NCBI RefSeq assembly: GCF_016433145.1
Contig: NC_058131.1
Span: 583,183,999 to 583,247,998 of the forward strand
Direction of reading: 5' to 3'
Source of the DNA: Gracilinanus agilis
Taxonomy: Eukaryota
DNA: 64,000 nucleotides
Below the pieces are notes generated by a model. It had not been told where the DNA came from. It did not search any database and was given only the letters and a program-made list of their open reading frames with translations. Shown here in pieces: positions 63,277 through 64,000 of this stretch (positions within the stretch are counted from its first letter, which is position 1; each line of letters starts with the position of its first letter). The position numbers were made by a program, and so were the translations under genes.

Positions 63277-63605
63277 CTAGTACATGATCAAAAATATAAA
63301 TTACTCACTCATTTTATGATATAAAATTTACAATGAAAAATTCAAAGATATAGAAACAGAGCTGGAAGATATAGGCTATTGCAATTTGGTTAGCGAATAA
63401 TTCACTTTAATTAATTTAATCAAACGAATAATAAAATACCTTATTTACTTGTCAATTAAAAGTTTTCAGAGTCCACCTAAAGAACTAGAAAGCTAAAGCA
63501 GCCAAGATATATGTCACAGAGTCCAAGGATTCAGACTCAATCACCTTAACCGCCAGAGCCACCCAGGTTTTTGCCCATTTCAGACACAATCTTAATGAGG
63601 TAGGC

Positions 63606-63955
63606 CAGTGAAGGAGAACTTATGGCATAAGTGCCAAAGATGGCACACAGAGTGCTCTCCGTGCGCATCACACCTCTTCACCCCTCTGCTCAGCAGCCCA
63701 ATGGGAGCACATAGGGGGCAAGGTGGGTGGCTCATTGATGGCAGAGATGGAGGGGAGCAGAGCCTCCCCGTCTCTACACTTGCTGAGGACATTCCTCATT
63801 TCACTCACCCCTCTGCCCAATGAGAACCCTTTTTCCCTCCCCTGTGCGGGGTCAAGGGGCCGGGCATACCTGGCACTCAGTGGCGGGGAGGGGCATGGCA
63901 CTCGGTCTGGGGGGTGGGGTGGGGGTCTGGCACTCGAAAAGGTTCCCCATCACTG
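63606..63955 (+). mobile_element. hAT MITE (CAGTGATGG-type TIR, 350 bp), intronic
   Basis: TSD AGGTAGGC/AGCTAGGC. Ends cagtgaaggagaactt / aaggttccccatcactg. Related to 9043-9372. Confidence 0.88.
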
Positions 63956-64000
63956 AGCTAGGCTTCCTGGTTTCCTAATTAAAAATTCTAGAGGCATGCT

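Noticed and set aside
63870-63930. G-quadruplex-like G-runs
   Set aside because: Intrinsic to the hAT MITE sequence, with no separate evidence of function.

Overview
Eukaryotic, AT-rich, strongly CpG-depleted DNA with four N-gaps. The repeat content (SINE1_Mdo-type and MAR1/MIR core-SINEs, marsupial L1 3' ends, L2, L3/CR1, LTRs, hAT MITEs) points to a didelphid marsupial, most likely Monodelphis domestica (inference). The only protein-coding gene is the 3' part of TJP1 (ZO-1) on the minus strand: six canonical exons between 63276 and 52616 that splice in frame with GT-AG sites, encode the proline-rich region and ZU5 domain, and end ...VSVLIDHF*, followed by a 3'UTR to about 50850. Bases 1 to ~50700 are repeat-rich intergenic DNA, and nearly all ORF-track entries there are spurious. 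Best leads: (1) an in-frame 51-nt candidate cassette exon in a TJP1 intron (61131-61181, adds FLGSYTSYDYLKRNIKW); (2) two copies of a fold-back element with TGT...ACA ends, long inverted arms and 4-bp TSDs (5812-6122, 9192-9317) that I cannot assign to a family; (3) a 98-bp inverted templated insertion with microhomology junctions inside a SINE (26801-26898, donor 27577-27674); (4) three in-frame donors and a possible read-through ending in the ZU5 exon; (5) six hAT MITEs with recognisable TSDs, several nested. I see no evidence for a wholly new multi-gene system. All homology statements come from recalled family sequences, not from database searches, and most repeat boundaries are approximate.
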